Positions 24,204-37,600 of a DNA stretch of 64,000 nucleotides are shown piece after piece. The notes under the pieces were generated by a model. It was not told where the DNA came from. It saw only the letters and a list, made by a program, of their open reading frames with translations, and did not search any database. The position numbers and the translations under genes were made by a program. The stretch is from Amphiscolops sp. MND2022 (Eukaryota), in the NCBI GenBank assembly GCA_964187785.1, contig OZ076409.1, positions 58,344,001 to 58,408,000 on the forward strand, in the 5' to 3' direction. Every line of letters begins with the position of its first letter. The stretch's first letter is position 1.

Positions 24204-27200
24204 TAGAGAGGGCTTTGGACTCCTTGAAACTATTAAGTATTTGCCGGCAAAGTCTGACTTACTATTTAGGTTTTACTGATTGAGAAACAATGATTTTTCA
24301 GACTTTGTTCACAAGGCCTTAGTAGCTTAGTTGTAGTTGTGATGAATCACCATATTCTCCCACGCCTTGAACTAACAGGTTCAAAATGGCAAGAGGGGGG
24401 AAGCAATTGGCGTAGTTACTGAAACAAAATCAATTAAGAACTGCTGAAAAAATAGCTGATGATTATAAAGAAACTCCAATAATGGTATGAGATAAATGAA
24501 TAAATGTGTGAGCACCAGGAAGACATCGGCTTTAATGCTAAGATGTTCAGAACAAATAAACAATCTAGGAAGGCGATAATGTAACTAAAAGAATGACTGA
24601 CAAGTGACTATAATTACAAGCTTTCGAATAAAATGAATTGAATTGCCAGTAAGCAACCTTTTAAAGGGGAAATTTCCGCAACTTACCGATGGGTCTGTTG
24701 CTGACCAATTTTGCAATTTCAACTTCCACTACACGTGTGCGGGTATCGTTTTCTTTGAAGAGTTTGATACTTCGAGCGATACGCCGATCAAGAACTCGAC
24801 AATTATCCGCAGCTACTAGTACAAGGTCTCCTATGTTGAAGTTGCTACTATCGTTCAACCATTTTTTTCTTACTTGCAGAGAGGTAATGTAATTTCGATG
24901 CCATTCTTTCCAAAACTGGTTTCTTATAGTCTGCATTTGCTGAAAATCTCTGAGGTTGCCCAAACGAATTGTCTTTTTGGAATTCAGGTCAGGAATTAGG
25001 TTGATTGGCGAGCCAATTAAAAAAATGTCCTGGAGTTAGAGCGCTCAAATCATTAGGGTCAGTGGAAAGGACTGTCAATGGTCTCGAATTCAGCATGCAT
25101 TCGATTTGTGTGATTAGGGTTGTGAAATACTCAATTAGTAGGATATGCTTCTTCATGACTTTTCGAAGATGATGTTTCATGGACTTGATTGATGTCTCCC
25201 AAAGACCTCCAAAGTGTGGTGCATGTACTGGTAAAACAAACCATTCGATTGCTTTTGCTGATAAGTTCTGCTTCATGTGTCGATTGAAAGCATCAATTTC
25301 AAATGTGGTGTCTAAGTCTGTTCTGGAGGCGAGAAAATTAGTTGCATTATCAGAGAATATTTTTGTTGGTCGGCCTCTCCGGGCGCAAAAAACGTGCAAT
25401 TGCTGCTAGACACGCTTCTTCATGTAAAGATGTAACAACCTCTAAATGACATGCTTTCGTAGACATACAAACAAAAAGACAAACGTAAACCTTCACAGGG
25501 TCTTTCACAGTGGGAGAAAACCTTACTAAAAAGGTCCAGTAAAATCCATTCCAATGTCATTGAAAGCACGAACTGCTGAAATTCTTTCTACGGGAAGATC
25601 ACCCATAAATCGAAATGACTCGGTACAAGTGAATCACTACAGGTCACACAATTTTTTATGTAAGATTTGATCAAGGGCTTGGCAGCTACTATCCAATACT
25701 TCTGCCTAATTGTGTTCAGAACTGAATCAACTCCACCATGTAAAGTATCGAAATGAGCATCTGCAATTGACATTTTGGCAATTATCGAATCCTTCGAAAT
25801 CAAAACAGGATGTTTCTTCAGTTCTGAAAAGTCACCTCGGGTCAAGATTTTTGTAAGAATTACTTTTAGGTAAAATATCTTGACTCTGTAACGGCAATTT
25901 CATCTTTCAAGTCATTTGATTGAAAGAGTTGTAAAAATTTGATGGAGGCGGAATGAATGTCTGCAACAATTGGAATGAAGTCACCGCGTTGTTTTGTTCT
26001 GATCAAATTCAAAAAGCTTAAAATGTAACAAAAAACTCGAACCATTTTTCTAAAGCTGGTGAATCTGTCAAAATCGTGAAAAGCAAAATTTGATTGAAGG
26101 TGGCTGGTTTGACAAGTCGAAATAATAGGCTCGTCTGTTTGAATTGGGAAAATACCAGCTGGAGTAATTGAAGAATGTGGCCATGACGATTTTTCGGATA
26201 ACCAAGGTGGTCCGCGCCACCACAATGACATGTTTGCAATTTTGTCTGCAGGGACTCCACGAGAGCAAATATCAGCTGGGTTTTCTTCACTGACAAATGA
26301 TTCCATTTTTCAAATGACGAAAAGGATTGAATTTTTGAGATGCGGTTACGAATGAAGGTTTGCCACGAGCTAGCTGGCTTCGATAACCATGATAAGACAA
26401 TAGTTGAATCTGTCCAACCGTTGAGAGATAATCTGTCATCGAAGAGAATGACTAAAACTCTGTGAACTGTTTCAAGAAGATTCACACCGAGAACTGCTGC
26501 ACATAGTTCTAGTCGGGGCAAAGAAAGTGATTTAACGGGTGCAACTCTTGTCTTTGAGGCTATCAGATGATAACACTTTGTGTCATCGCAACGGAAAACA
26601 GCATAAATGGCAGCCCCGTAAGCTTTCTCTGAGGCATCAGAGAACATGTGAAGTTCAACGTGCTGTACTGAAGTTTGTCGCTCTGGTAAAAGACAACGAG
26701 CAATTGAAAAATTCTTGATAGCAGTTAAATTTTGTCGTAGCAACAACCATTCCTGTAAGATAAGTTTTCAAGTTCCCAAAACTTCTGCAAAGAAGTATCC
26801 AAGCATTGAAAGGCTTGAACTTGATAACTTGATTTACATTGAGTTTGTCCAATCACAACCCAACCAAAAATTGTTTCGCGTAACGCTAAACCTTTCGAAA
26901 GTTCGACTTTTCTCTCAAGAAAAATTTCTTCAAAAACATTGGCCCCAAGAATTAAATCGATGCGACCCGGTGTCTGGAATTGTGGATCGGCGTAAACAAA
27001 ATTGCAATGATTGTCAAACAAACTGATGTCAATGTTTTGCATTGGAATGTTTTGTGTTAATTTGGGAAGAACAAAAGCTGTAACACGCAACGGGTTAACA
27101 GAAGAATTATGTCTTTAAATGTTTATAGTACCAGTGAAAATACTTGTTTTACCACCCAAAGCGGAAACTGTAATTAAGTTGCGTTGTTTTGGTAACTGTA

Positions 27201-29023
27201 ATTTCTGAGAAGCATCGTCGGTGATGAAAGATGTCTGGGAGCCAAAATCTGAAAGAGCCCGCAAGGAAACAATACCGTGTTTACCCTGCACTTGAACTAC
27301 TGCTGTTGGTAAAATTACTTGTTTGGAACTTGTGGCACTGTGAGAGGTAACAATTGTTTCGTCTGTCTCCTGGGCTTCTACTGTAGCTGAATTAGCTTTG
27401 AAATCTTTCTTTTGTCGATGAAGAGTTGTGTGATGAGAACGATTACATTCCTTGCATTTACTAGCACTTGAGCAGTCCTGAAGACGATGTCCGTACCGAA
27501 GGAAGTTGAAGTATATATTTTTTCTTTTGTAAAGTCTGTCTTTTCGTCAATAGTCAGTCCATTGTATTTTGGACAACTGTAGAGTCTATGTTCCTGTCCA
27601 CAACAAAGGCAAGTTTCGATGGACTGTGTTCCTGCATAGCTTTGATTATTATGTTGACTCTTCTGTTGTGATTGATTTTTGTGTTCACTGTAAAACTGTT
27701 TCGGACTGGGCGTTGATGCTTCGAGGGCATCTTGTCTCAATGAATGTTTTTAGTGCTTCGTATGTTTGCAAGCTTGTCCCAGGTAAAGCAATTTCCCATT
27801 GCCGTCGAGTTTCTAAATCTAACCGTTCTGTCGCGAGAAAAATAAGAAAGAGATCGTAATGTTCCACCGGTAGACCCAATGTTTGCAAACTTGAACGTTG
27901 TTCTTCTATTCCTTCAATCAGTTTCCGCAAGTCGTTGCCGTTGTCGTTTCGCATTTTTGGCAAATCAAAAATACTTTGGACATGAGCTCGAGCAATCATA
28001 CGTGGGTTGTTATAACGTTTTTTCAAAACATCGAGTGCTGTTTCATAATTATTATCCGTTACAGTAAAGGGGACAAAAGTTTGGCGGCGTCAGCTGTTAA
28101 TGAAGCTTTCAAATATTGCAATTTTTGTGAATTGATTAAAGTAGAATTTGAATCAACGGAGCTGGTAAAAAGATCAAAAAAAGACGTCCAGTTTTTGTAA
28201 TTGCCACTGGAAGTAGGAAGATTCAATTTTGGTAATCTTGTAATGTTCCTGTTCGCATTACTGTTCATTGTATGTGAGGAAGCAGAAGTGCTAACGCCAG
28301 TAGGTTCAGCGGTTTGGTTGAAATTATGAAGGAAACGTTTTATTGTGTCAATATTGATGAAAATTTGATCATTCAAGTCAGCAGAAGATGTTATGGCTGC
28401 TTCAATCTCATCGATTTGTAAAGAGACATGTATTTGGGAATCCAATGCTTGAATTTCGCTCAAACGTTTTTCCATTAGCGCTATAATCTGACTGAGGCGG
28501 TTACTTTGATCCGTTGTAATACTAGCTGAATCCATGATGTTTTGGGCCTCATTGAAATATCGTGTGCACAAGCCACGATATGCACCTCTAGACCGGGTGT
28601 TAACATCACCCATTTTTGAAAAGAAATATAATTAACTCCGACAAATGGCAAAATATGTGTTTCTTGACTTTAGTATCTGGCTTTAGTATCTGACTTTAAG
28701 GAGATTTTAACAACTGTAAAGGGAAATAAACTCTGTAGAATAACTTGTGACTATTCGAATGGGAGAGCAAAAAAGTGCATTGAAAAGAAAAGAAAACTTA
28801 GCTTTTATACTGTGAAGACTCGTTTGAAGATCTGCTGCTGGGTAGATTCTGTACCTTTTTGCGGCACCATAATATAGAGAGGGCTTTTGACGTCTTGAAA
28901 CTATTAAGTATTTGCCGGCAAATTCTGACTTACTATTTAGGCTTTACTGATTGAGAAACAATGATCTTTCAGACTTTGTTCACAAGGCCTTAGTAGCTTA
29001 GTTGTAGTAGTGATGAATCACCA
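24204..29023 (-). mobile_element. BEL/Pao LTR retrotransposon, degenerate, RT domain missing
   Basis: 149-bp LTRs at 24204-24352 and 28875-29023; TSD CCTTG (24199-24203, 29024-29028); minus-strand PBS tggtgccgc and PPT ggcgtgggagaata. Motifs: gag LPKLNLPT...KLQYLK, knuckle CLCCGQEHRLYSC, protease region ADPQF..PGRIDLILGA, RNase H LHMFSDASEKAYGA...LPRLEL, NPADICSRG, integrase SDNATNF, APHFGGLWE, LNSRPL. Confidence 0.92.
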
Positions 29024-31655
29024 CCTTGATTTTTTGATTTTATACACCATCAATGATAAGAAACGTTTTCTGATCTTGTCAATTTTCTCTAAAACGTCCG
29101 TGACAAAACAAATTTTTGTGTTGTTAGAATTTACGAAATGATTTAGGTTCCTTTTGAGCGCTTCGTGAAATATCTTCGTTGTGTGAATAACATGCTTCGT
29201 ATTTGTGGAATTTGCAGAACTTGAATATATCAACTAATTGGAAGCAAACTCAATTGAGCTTTTACGCAAAACTTTCAAACAAAACTTCACAAAATTGTTC
29301 CAACTTTGCTGATTGTGATTAATTGTCGAACCGATAAAACATGACTCCCAGAAGGCCCACAGTTTTTGATGATAAGAGATTGGAATGCAGTTTACCCCAA
29401 TAAGCTTCTCATTCGGCTGCCGTAGTCTGAGAGTTCATATTCACTTGATGTTGTTATTCATTATCTGTTCCTGGCATATACACCTGTTGAACATTATTTG
29501 GAGCTTCCTGCAAAGCGCACATTAAAAAATGTTTTAATTCTATTTTTTTACTAAGACATTTCGGGCTTTTGCAAAAAGCAGCTGTCTCTGTATGTAGATA
29601 GTATCAAAACTGTTCTATTAGTTTTTGCCAGACCTACCATCAAATGGTATTGTTTATTCAATGTATCGATGAAAGTGACCCTGAGACAACACTATTCACA
29701 AAGCTTATTATGCCTCCAAATATTCTAGAATGTAATACTTCTAATGGTCAAACGTTCATTAGCTTGAGTGCAATTGAAGACTGATCTGGTATCTTTTATA
29801 CGCGTTTCGTCTGCTTCAACGCAAACTTTCGAAAGTCGAACGTATGAGAATATTCAAAACGTTTGACAGTTGAAAATTTATGCTGTTAAACTAATACACA
29901 TTTAACAGCTTTTTTCAGAACAACAGGAAATATGAAGTTGTCATACTATTCGATTTTAATTAACGATATTTTCAGTTATTTGAAACAATTGAATGTTGAG
30001 ACAGCTATTCAACAAGATAGTTCGAAAGGAAACAAGCCAGGAACGACATGAATCGGCGCCCCGCTTGAGTCCCACAAAAAGAAAGAGTACGCCAAAGCGT
30101 CAAGGATTCTTTTGTGAAAAATTGTCAATATCACAGTGCGACAAAAATTCCGAATTGGGGACCTTTTGGGCTGAAATGTTTTTTAAACAAAAAAAACATC
30201 GAAAAATGTATTCTTTCTTGCTTCTGGTATCAGCAGTAATATCAAAAAACCAGAGTGAGAACCCTTCTGTGAATTGAAAATTTTATCTCTCTTATCGTAA
30301 AATATCAAAAAACTGGAGGAGGGCAAAGTTATTTGAACATTTAGAAATTTGAATAGAAAACCTAAAGGTTATTTTCCGAACTGTGCGATTTTTTTCGAAA
30401 AAAGTTTTCCAAAAGAGCCTCCCTTTGTTTTTTTGATATGTTTGGATAGTAAAAAGCGTTTTTAGTCCCAAAAGGCTCCCCTTGAGTTTTTTTGGCACTA
30501 TGCAATTTTTTAAGGAACATTTTCATTCCACAAACGGGTTCTTCCTTGGGCTCTTTGTTTCAGGTGATTTATGTTTTATTTTGTATTTTTGATAATAGAA
30601 AACGTTTTAAGCGCTAAGGGTCCCCTTTGGGTTTTTTCCGGCACTATGAGATTCAGAATTTTTGCAGAAAAGGTTCCTTGAGTCTTTGAAGTACTTTTGC
30701 TTTTTTAAGTTCACAAGCTTAAAAAGGAAAATTTCCCAAAAGTCCGAAAACTGATTTTTTTTGAAAAAAATAGAGATGTTTTTGTTTTTGGATCGAAGTA
30801 GCTCCAATTTCATATGCAGAAGTTTGATTAGAAGATATTAAGATAAGGTAATCTTGATTAGCCACATCACCTGTCTCTAATGCGAAGTGCAACGGAGTTG
30901 CAACTGTTGATCTTCGCAAAAACACTCATTGAAATCACTTGCTTTTCTCTCAGTTTTTGAAAATTGCTTGCAATTTTGTTTGTCTTATCATATGAATCTT
31001 TCACCTAATGACTTGATTTGAGATATTAAGGGATATTAGGCAATTTTCCAAGGGATCCGATTGGTTGATTTTCTACAGCCGTTTTCGAAGCCGTTCGCTT
31101 AAAGCAAGTTATGTTCACTTATAGCGGAAATGTTGTACAAAAATGGACTGGACTACACGATATAACACGTGGTGGCAGAAAATATGGCAAAACTAATTGG
31201 TCGCATAGCAAAATAGAAGCCTGGAATAAAATCTTACCGAGCCAGGAACTTCCAAAAATTTACGAAAATTCCAAAATATTCCCAGAATTACAATGCAAAT
31301 CATAAAAGAGGCTTAAATACACGACTTAACTTTACACGAAAGTTTTAAATACAGGAACACACCGCACACTGAAAAGTGCATATACGTCAAGGGGCTGTCT
31401 CGGAACCTTATAGTATTGCAGGATTAGCACAAAGGTTCAATACCTTATAAATCCTTCCGGGGTACTTTCGAGAACGAATTGCTCTTCAAATATTTATTGA
31501 GTTTCACTCCAACTAGTTTTCCGAATCAACTACCGATACAATTATTTCGAAATTCTCTGGAACATTTATTTGAACAAAATTTCCATTTACATTTACCAAT
31601 CCGTAAACATTTCTATGTACACAGACAGTCTTTATACAATCCTGCAGTTTCATAA

Positions 31656-34600
31656 ATGGTATATCGAGTAGCTATTATTGGCAGTGGAAACTGGTGAGTT
31701 TTAATTAGATTTCTCCGTTGCTTTAGATAGAAGTACTTTTTCATACAAGAAGCACAGTGACACTGCCTCTTGATTTCCCATGATAGGCATGATGACATTT
31801 TCGTGGAGCAACAAAAACAAAAAAAAACAAAAAAAATTCAAGGCTACCGAGTGCGTCTCGGATCTTGAAATTGATACTCTGTTGTGCGCAGGGTCCCATT
31901 TTGAGATTCGTCTGCTCAAACATGTGATTTCCTCTTTCAAAAACAATGAGAAGGCATGTTTCCTGTATTTTCTCAAGAATCGCCACTCTACTCGAACCCG
32001 ATTTGCGAATGCATACAACAAAATGGTAAAATTTCAGGAGCGCGTAGGCAAAACTTCGAAAGATTACGACCCAGATGCCCCTTTTTCAATCAAAATCGAA
32101 AGTGCTTTCAAATGTGCTTCGTAACTCCTCAATTGATAGAGTGATGACTCTAGAGTATAAATTATCATTCCATGTACACGGTGCACTTATTGCTTTTGGA
32201 AATTCCAAACTGTATTCCAAAAAGTGAATTTGTTGTTATAGGGGCTGCGCCATTGCAAAAATCGCTGGAAACAACTGTGCGAAAAAGACCAACTTGTTCG
32301 CAAAAGATGTAAAAATGTGGATTTTTGAGGAAACATTCGAGGTCTGTGGGGAATCGTACAAGCTATCAGAATATATAAACATTCACCACGAGAATGTGAA
32401 ATATCTAGCTGGAATCAAAATACCCCAAAATGTGGTTAGTTTTCTGACGTTTTAGATTTATAGTTTTTCAATATGATTACCAGACACTGAAGCTAATGTA
32501 CTCTTAATTACGAAATCAGTTGTTAGCGACTCCAACTTTCAATTCAAAAAACGCAGCGGTGAAAAACAACAGGACGGGAACGTCTCAGGTCAGTCGGCGT
32601 CCCACTTAAGGCTCGAGGAGCGCAAAGTTTTAATTTACTTAGAATAACGTCAAAAGTTCAGATAGAGCGTGTTGGATCGCTTTTTAACCTCCACCTCCTC
32701 CGTAAAAGGCAATGTAGTTCGAATACAATGTCAAAAATTCAGATATAGCGCAACATTACCGAACCTCCACATCCCCTTCAGTGAAACGCAACTTTAATTC
32801 TGAAATAGCGTGTTGGGCTACGGCTTCAGCAGCAGTGCGGCGAGAATTGTGAAAGTGGACCATTAAGTGTGAGATTGTCATCCGCTTCTAAAATGTGCCG
32901 ACTAAAAAGAGACCGACAAACAGAAAGAGGAGCGAGAAAGAGAGAGAGAGAGAGAGATGGAGAAATAGAAAGATATATCGATCTAGAGACAAATATACAA
33001 AGCCTCAACTTCAACAAAACTCTACATAATGTTTTCAATTTTCGGAGGTTTATTCTCCCAATTCTTAAAAAGCAGTTCTGCATTTATAAGTCGGCGCTGT
33101 TTCGAATTCTTTCTTTCGATGCTGAGCTCCCTATAGCAAGCAATGGTACCATATTTGCAGCCAAGTTGTAAAACAAGTTGTCTTGAAGCTGTGGTTCCGA
33201 AGTGACTTGCTCAAGGTCACACAGGTCTGACTCCTTATCGTTGATGTTATTTTGCTTTTCTCCGCTAAAAGCTATTTTGTCACTAACCATACCACTGAGC
33301 TAGCAAGGAAGGACTTGCTTGCGGCCCAGCAATGATATCGTTCTGATTTTGTTGTTAAATGAATCGATTGCTCGCAACTTTCTTAAAATTATCACCGCGT
33401 GACATTGTGGAATGTAGAGGTCAAACCATTTCACATAGACTAAATTACTTTAGACAGAGAGTTGCTTGAATACATTTACAAACAAACTCTAATTGATTTC
33501 TGTCTCATTTTTGTTGCTACATCTAGATTTCACTACAATAGTATACTTTGATACAAGATAGTTGAAAGAGAATTCTTTGTCATGAACATTATTTTAAAAT
33601 CAACCAAGAGATCTTAACATGGCGCAATCAGCAAGATATTAATTTTTTGTCGAACTTTCTTACCACAGCACGGAATATTTTACCAACCAATAACTATCAG
33701 AAAATGGCCGTGGCAACAAAGATACAACTACCATATCTAGAAGACACCGGACTCGACGGGAAGAAAATATACACACCAAAAGAATGGACCGAAATGTTCC
33801 GACACTACATAAAAAGAATCCACAATATAGACATTAAACCGATATTAACCGATGATACGGTACCTACCGGTGACCCATGGGACACAAAAGAACCGGAAAT
33901 CAGACAAGACTTCATCTGGGGCGACGGACCGTCAGCAATCGAAATTATCACAAAAGGAGAATTTAACACGGACCCCGACACAATCAAAACCGACAAGTTA
34001 ATCCAACTATTCCGGGAATACTACATGCCCAAAAGAAATACATATCACAGCCGTGGAGATTTTTTCTGGGCCAAACAAGAAGAAAATGGAACGCCCCAGG
34101 AACATTGGAAAAAACTGATAACATTAAAAAGAACATGCGAATTCAAAGACATCAAGCAAAAAGACTTTCTCATATCGCAATTTATCACAAGCAAAACCGA
34201 CAAAAAAGTTCGGGAAAAACTGATCCGCAAAAAACTCTTCACTTGAAAACCACCATAGAACTTATCACACAAGACAGCAATGATCGCCGACACAAACAAT
34301 CTACCGCACCACATGCCCTGGCGAAAGACAAAGAGATAAAACAAGAACCTATCAAGAAAATCCAAACAGAACAATTCCGAGAACAACAAAAACAGAACAA
34401 AAACAATTGTGGATTCTGCGGACAACAAAACTGGACACCCCAACACAACTGCCCGGCTAAAACGGTAAAATTCAATAAATGTCAGAAAACAGGACACTTC
34501 GCCCGGGTATGCCGTACGAAACCAAATAAAACAAAAAGAATCAACTACCTGGAAGATATGACCTCCGAAGAAGACAATGAAGACAGCGAACCCGAAGAAA

Positions 34601-37600
34601 TTCTTCAAATCACACAAATAAACAAAATAATACCGGACAAGAAAGACCAATACGGTGTCGAAATAAAAATAAACGGGAAAACAAAAGTTCATCATTGACA
34701 CCGGCTCTCCGCTCACCATCATGCCAAACAATCCCACACTATACAACCCAGAGGATATCCAACCGCTGAAAGAGAGATATCTAGACGTAAACTAAAACGA
34801 AATCACATTCCTGGGGAAAATATGGGTAGACATTGAATATAACAGCAAACATATCAAACTACCACTTCTAATCACAAAAAGAGCCGATATCACACCTCTA
34901 CTGGGAGTAAACTGGTTAAAACAACTGCCAATTACTATCAACAAAATCTCAATGGACAACAACGCTAACCAATCAGAAACAACAAAGATACACACGAAAG
35001 TCAAGAAATTATTCGAAAGGAATCACACCATCAAGAATACGGAAGTGAAAATACAGATACAACCGGGATGTTACCCAATACAACAAAAAGCACGACCAAT
35101 ACCGTACCACTTGCAAGACGATGTAAAGAATGAACTACACCGACTAATAAAATGCGGACATTTGGAAAGATTAGAAACAATCGAAGAAGACTGTTTCGTA
35201 TCTCCCGTTGTAATTACGGTAAAAAAAAGGACAAAACGGTCAAAATTGCACTCGATGCCCGAAAACTAAATGACAGCTGCATAGAGAAAAGACCACACAT
35301 GCCAAATATGGACGAACTGTTAAACCAAATTTCTTCCGAACTATCAAACAACGAGCGAGACCCAATCTGGATATCAGTCAAAGGTTTGGACTATGCCTAT
35401 GGACAAATGAGATTATCACCGGAAACAAGCAAACACTGCAACTTCGCAATTACGGGAGAGAAAATCAACGGATACTATCGATTTCTCAATGGTTTTAACG
35501 GACCAGTCGACATACCCACCATTGTTCAAGAGAAAATAGACCGAAATCTCGGCCACCAAATACCAATATGGCTGGATGATATAATAACTGTGACACACGG
35601 AACAAAGGAACAGCACACACAAAAATAAGAATCAGTCCTAACAAAACTGGAAAACGAAGGCTATAAAGCCAGTAAAAGGAAGTCGAAATTTTATCAAAAG
35701 GAAACGGTATGGCTGGGACATACCATCTCACAAGACGGAATCAGACCGAATAAAGAGAAAACAGATGCAATCAACAAATTGAACCCACCGACAAACACAA
35801 AAACTCTAAAATCATTCCTTGGAGCAATACAATATTTTGCAAAATTCATACCGAATCTATTCAAAAAGACGGACAAAATGAGACTATTGCTGAAAAAAGG
35901 AGTAAAATGGGAATGGACAGAAGACCGAGATACAGATTTCAACAACTTGAAAAAAGAATTGACAACACAACCATGTCTAGCACATTACAACGGCAACAGA
36001 GAAAGTATCGTCACAACTGACGCGTGCAACACCGGACTAAGAATAGCGCTATGGCAACGACAAAACAACGGCGAATTGAAAGCAATCGCATACGCAAGAC
36101 GCTATCTTAACGACGCAGAAAAAAAATTCCGTCGGCGAACTAGAATTGTTAGCCGCAGTTTGGGGCCTCGAACGGTTCAGATTCCACCTATACGGGAAAC
36201 AGGTCCAAATATTTTCGGATCACCAAGCCATGGAACCGCTACTGAAGAGAAACAATATCAATAAACACTACAGCGCCCGACTAACACGGTGGCTAGACAG
36301 ACTAAACCACTTCGACATATCACTCAAATACACTGCCGGAAAAGAAATCAAATTCACCGATTTCATTAGCCGTAACCCAACGGAAAGTGCCGAACCGGAA
36401 AAAAATTACGAAGAAAAATTTGTTATCAACGCCATCGCGCAACTCGCAGCGGTAAACGGCAGAACTGGGCGGATTTTCGACCAATCAGAGAACACTAACA
36501 CGGCAAACATGCATGATACGCACACGCGGACTTGTACGCGTTGCCGCAAAACAAACACAAACCATTCCAATTTGAAATTGACCGCTAATCAGATTAACAA
36601 TACCACTCACAGCGATTGTAAAACTTACATCAAATTAACAAAGGACAACAACAATAACAACCGACAAATTCCGGACCGAATCGCTCTAAATGACAAACTG
36701 AAATACCACTGGGGAGCTGACGATGAAGTCATGAAGATTATAAACAGGAAAGATAATTCACCGGGGACAAAAGAACTAGTCGAAAGGAGGATTGAACTGA
36801 CAAGACCGGGCCACATGGGACATCACTGGCACAAGAAGCTCGAGCGAGAAATACTCCTCCCAAGTAGACCGGACGACGTGGACAGGAAGGAGATAAAACG
36901 CATCGATATTCGTCTACGAAGATAAGAAGAAAACCGAGTCACGCATATCGGTGGCGGTTATTTCAAAAACTTCTGGGATGAAATCAAACAAACACCCGGC
37001 ACGTCAACAGAAAACAACCCGGAAGCAATCAACATCCAGAGATCCGCACTAGACACCGAATCTACGATCTCCTCAACACAAGAAGAACAGATTATAACGG
37101 AAGAGCCAGGGACTTACCCAGCAATCCCCGTCTAAGAATATCGCGATGGCCCGATTGAAGAGATAGCCGTACATTACCTACGAATAAACAAAGTCATCGA
37201 AACAAAAGCCCCAAGAAACCGCGAGAAAGAAGACAACATTAGATCCGCGGAGCTCAACTTCATGCTCGACCTGGAAACGCTGATCAAAGAGACAGCAGCC
37301 GACCCAGACTTGATCGAAGTCCAATGTTATTTTGAGGACAACAACACCCAAGCAATCCCGGAAGAATACAAACAAGTGGCGAAGAAGTTGACACACCGCT
37401 GGAGAATAACAATGGTGGACGACCGCATTATGATCCCCAAAAGTCTACGCTACGCCGCACTTAACGCACTACATTTTGGCCATCCAGGAATAAACATGTG
37501 CCACGACGCAGTTATCTTCTGGTGGCCAATTATGCAAGCAGATATCGAGAAGAAGGCAAAAACCTGCTCCGCATGCTTAAATGCCGGTAAGAATTTAAAA

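Noticed and set aside
31701..32144. Overlapping 60-114 aa ORFs in GPD1 intron 1
   Set aside because: No recognisable motifs, several are driven by A/T runs, and they lie inside a well-defined intron.
32939..32957. (GA)n tracts here and near 40462, producing RERE ORFs
   Set aside because: Simple microsatellites; the ORFs are spurious.
34045..34746. Long hydrophobic antisense ORF (233 aa), and similar ones opposite other gag/pol regions
   Set aside because: These are shadow frames of A-rich retroelement coding strands.
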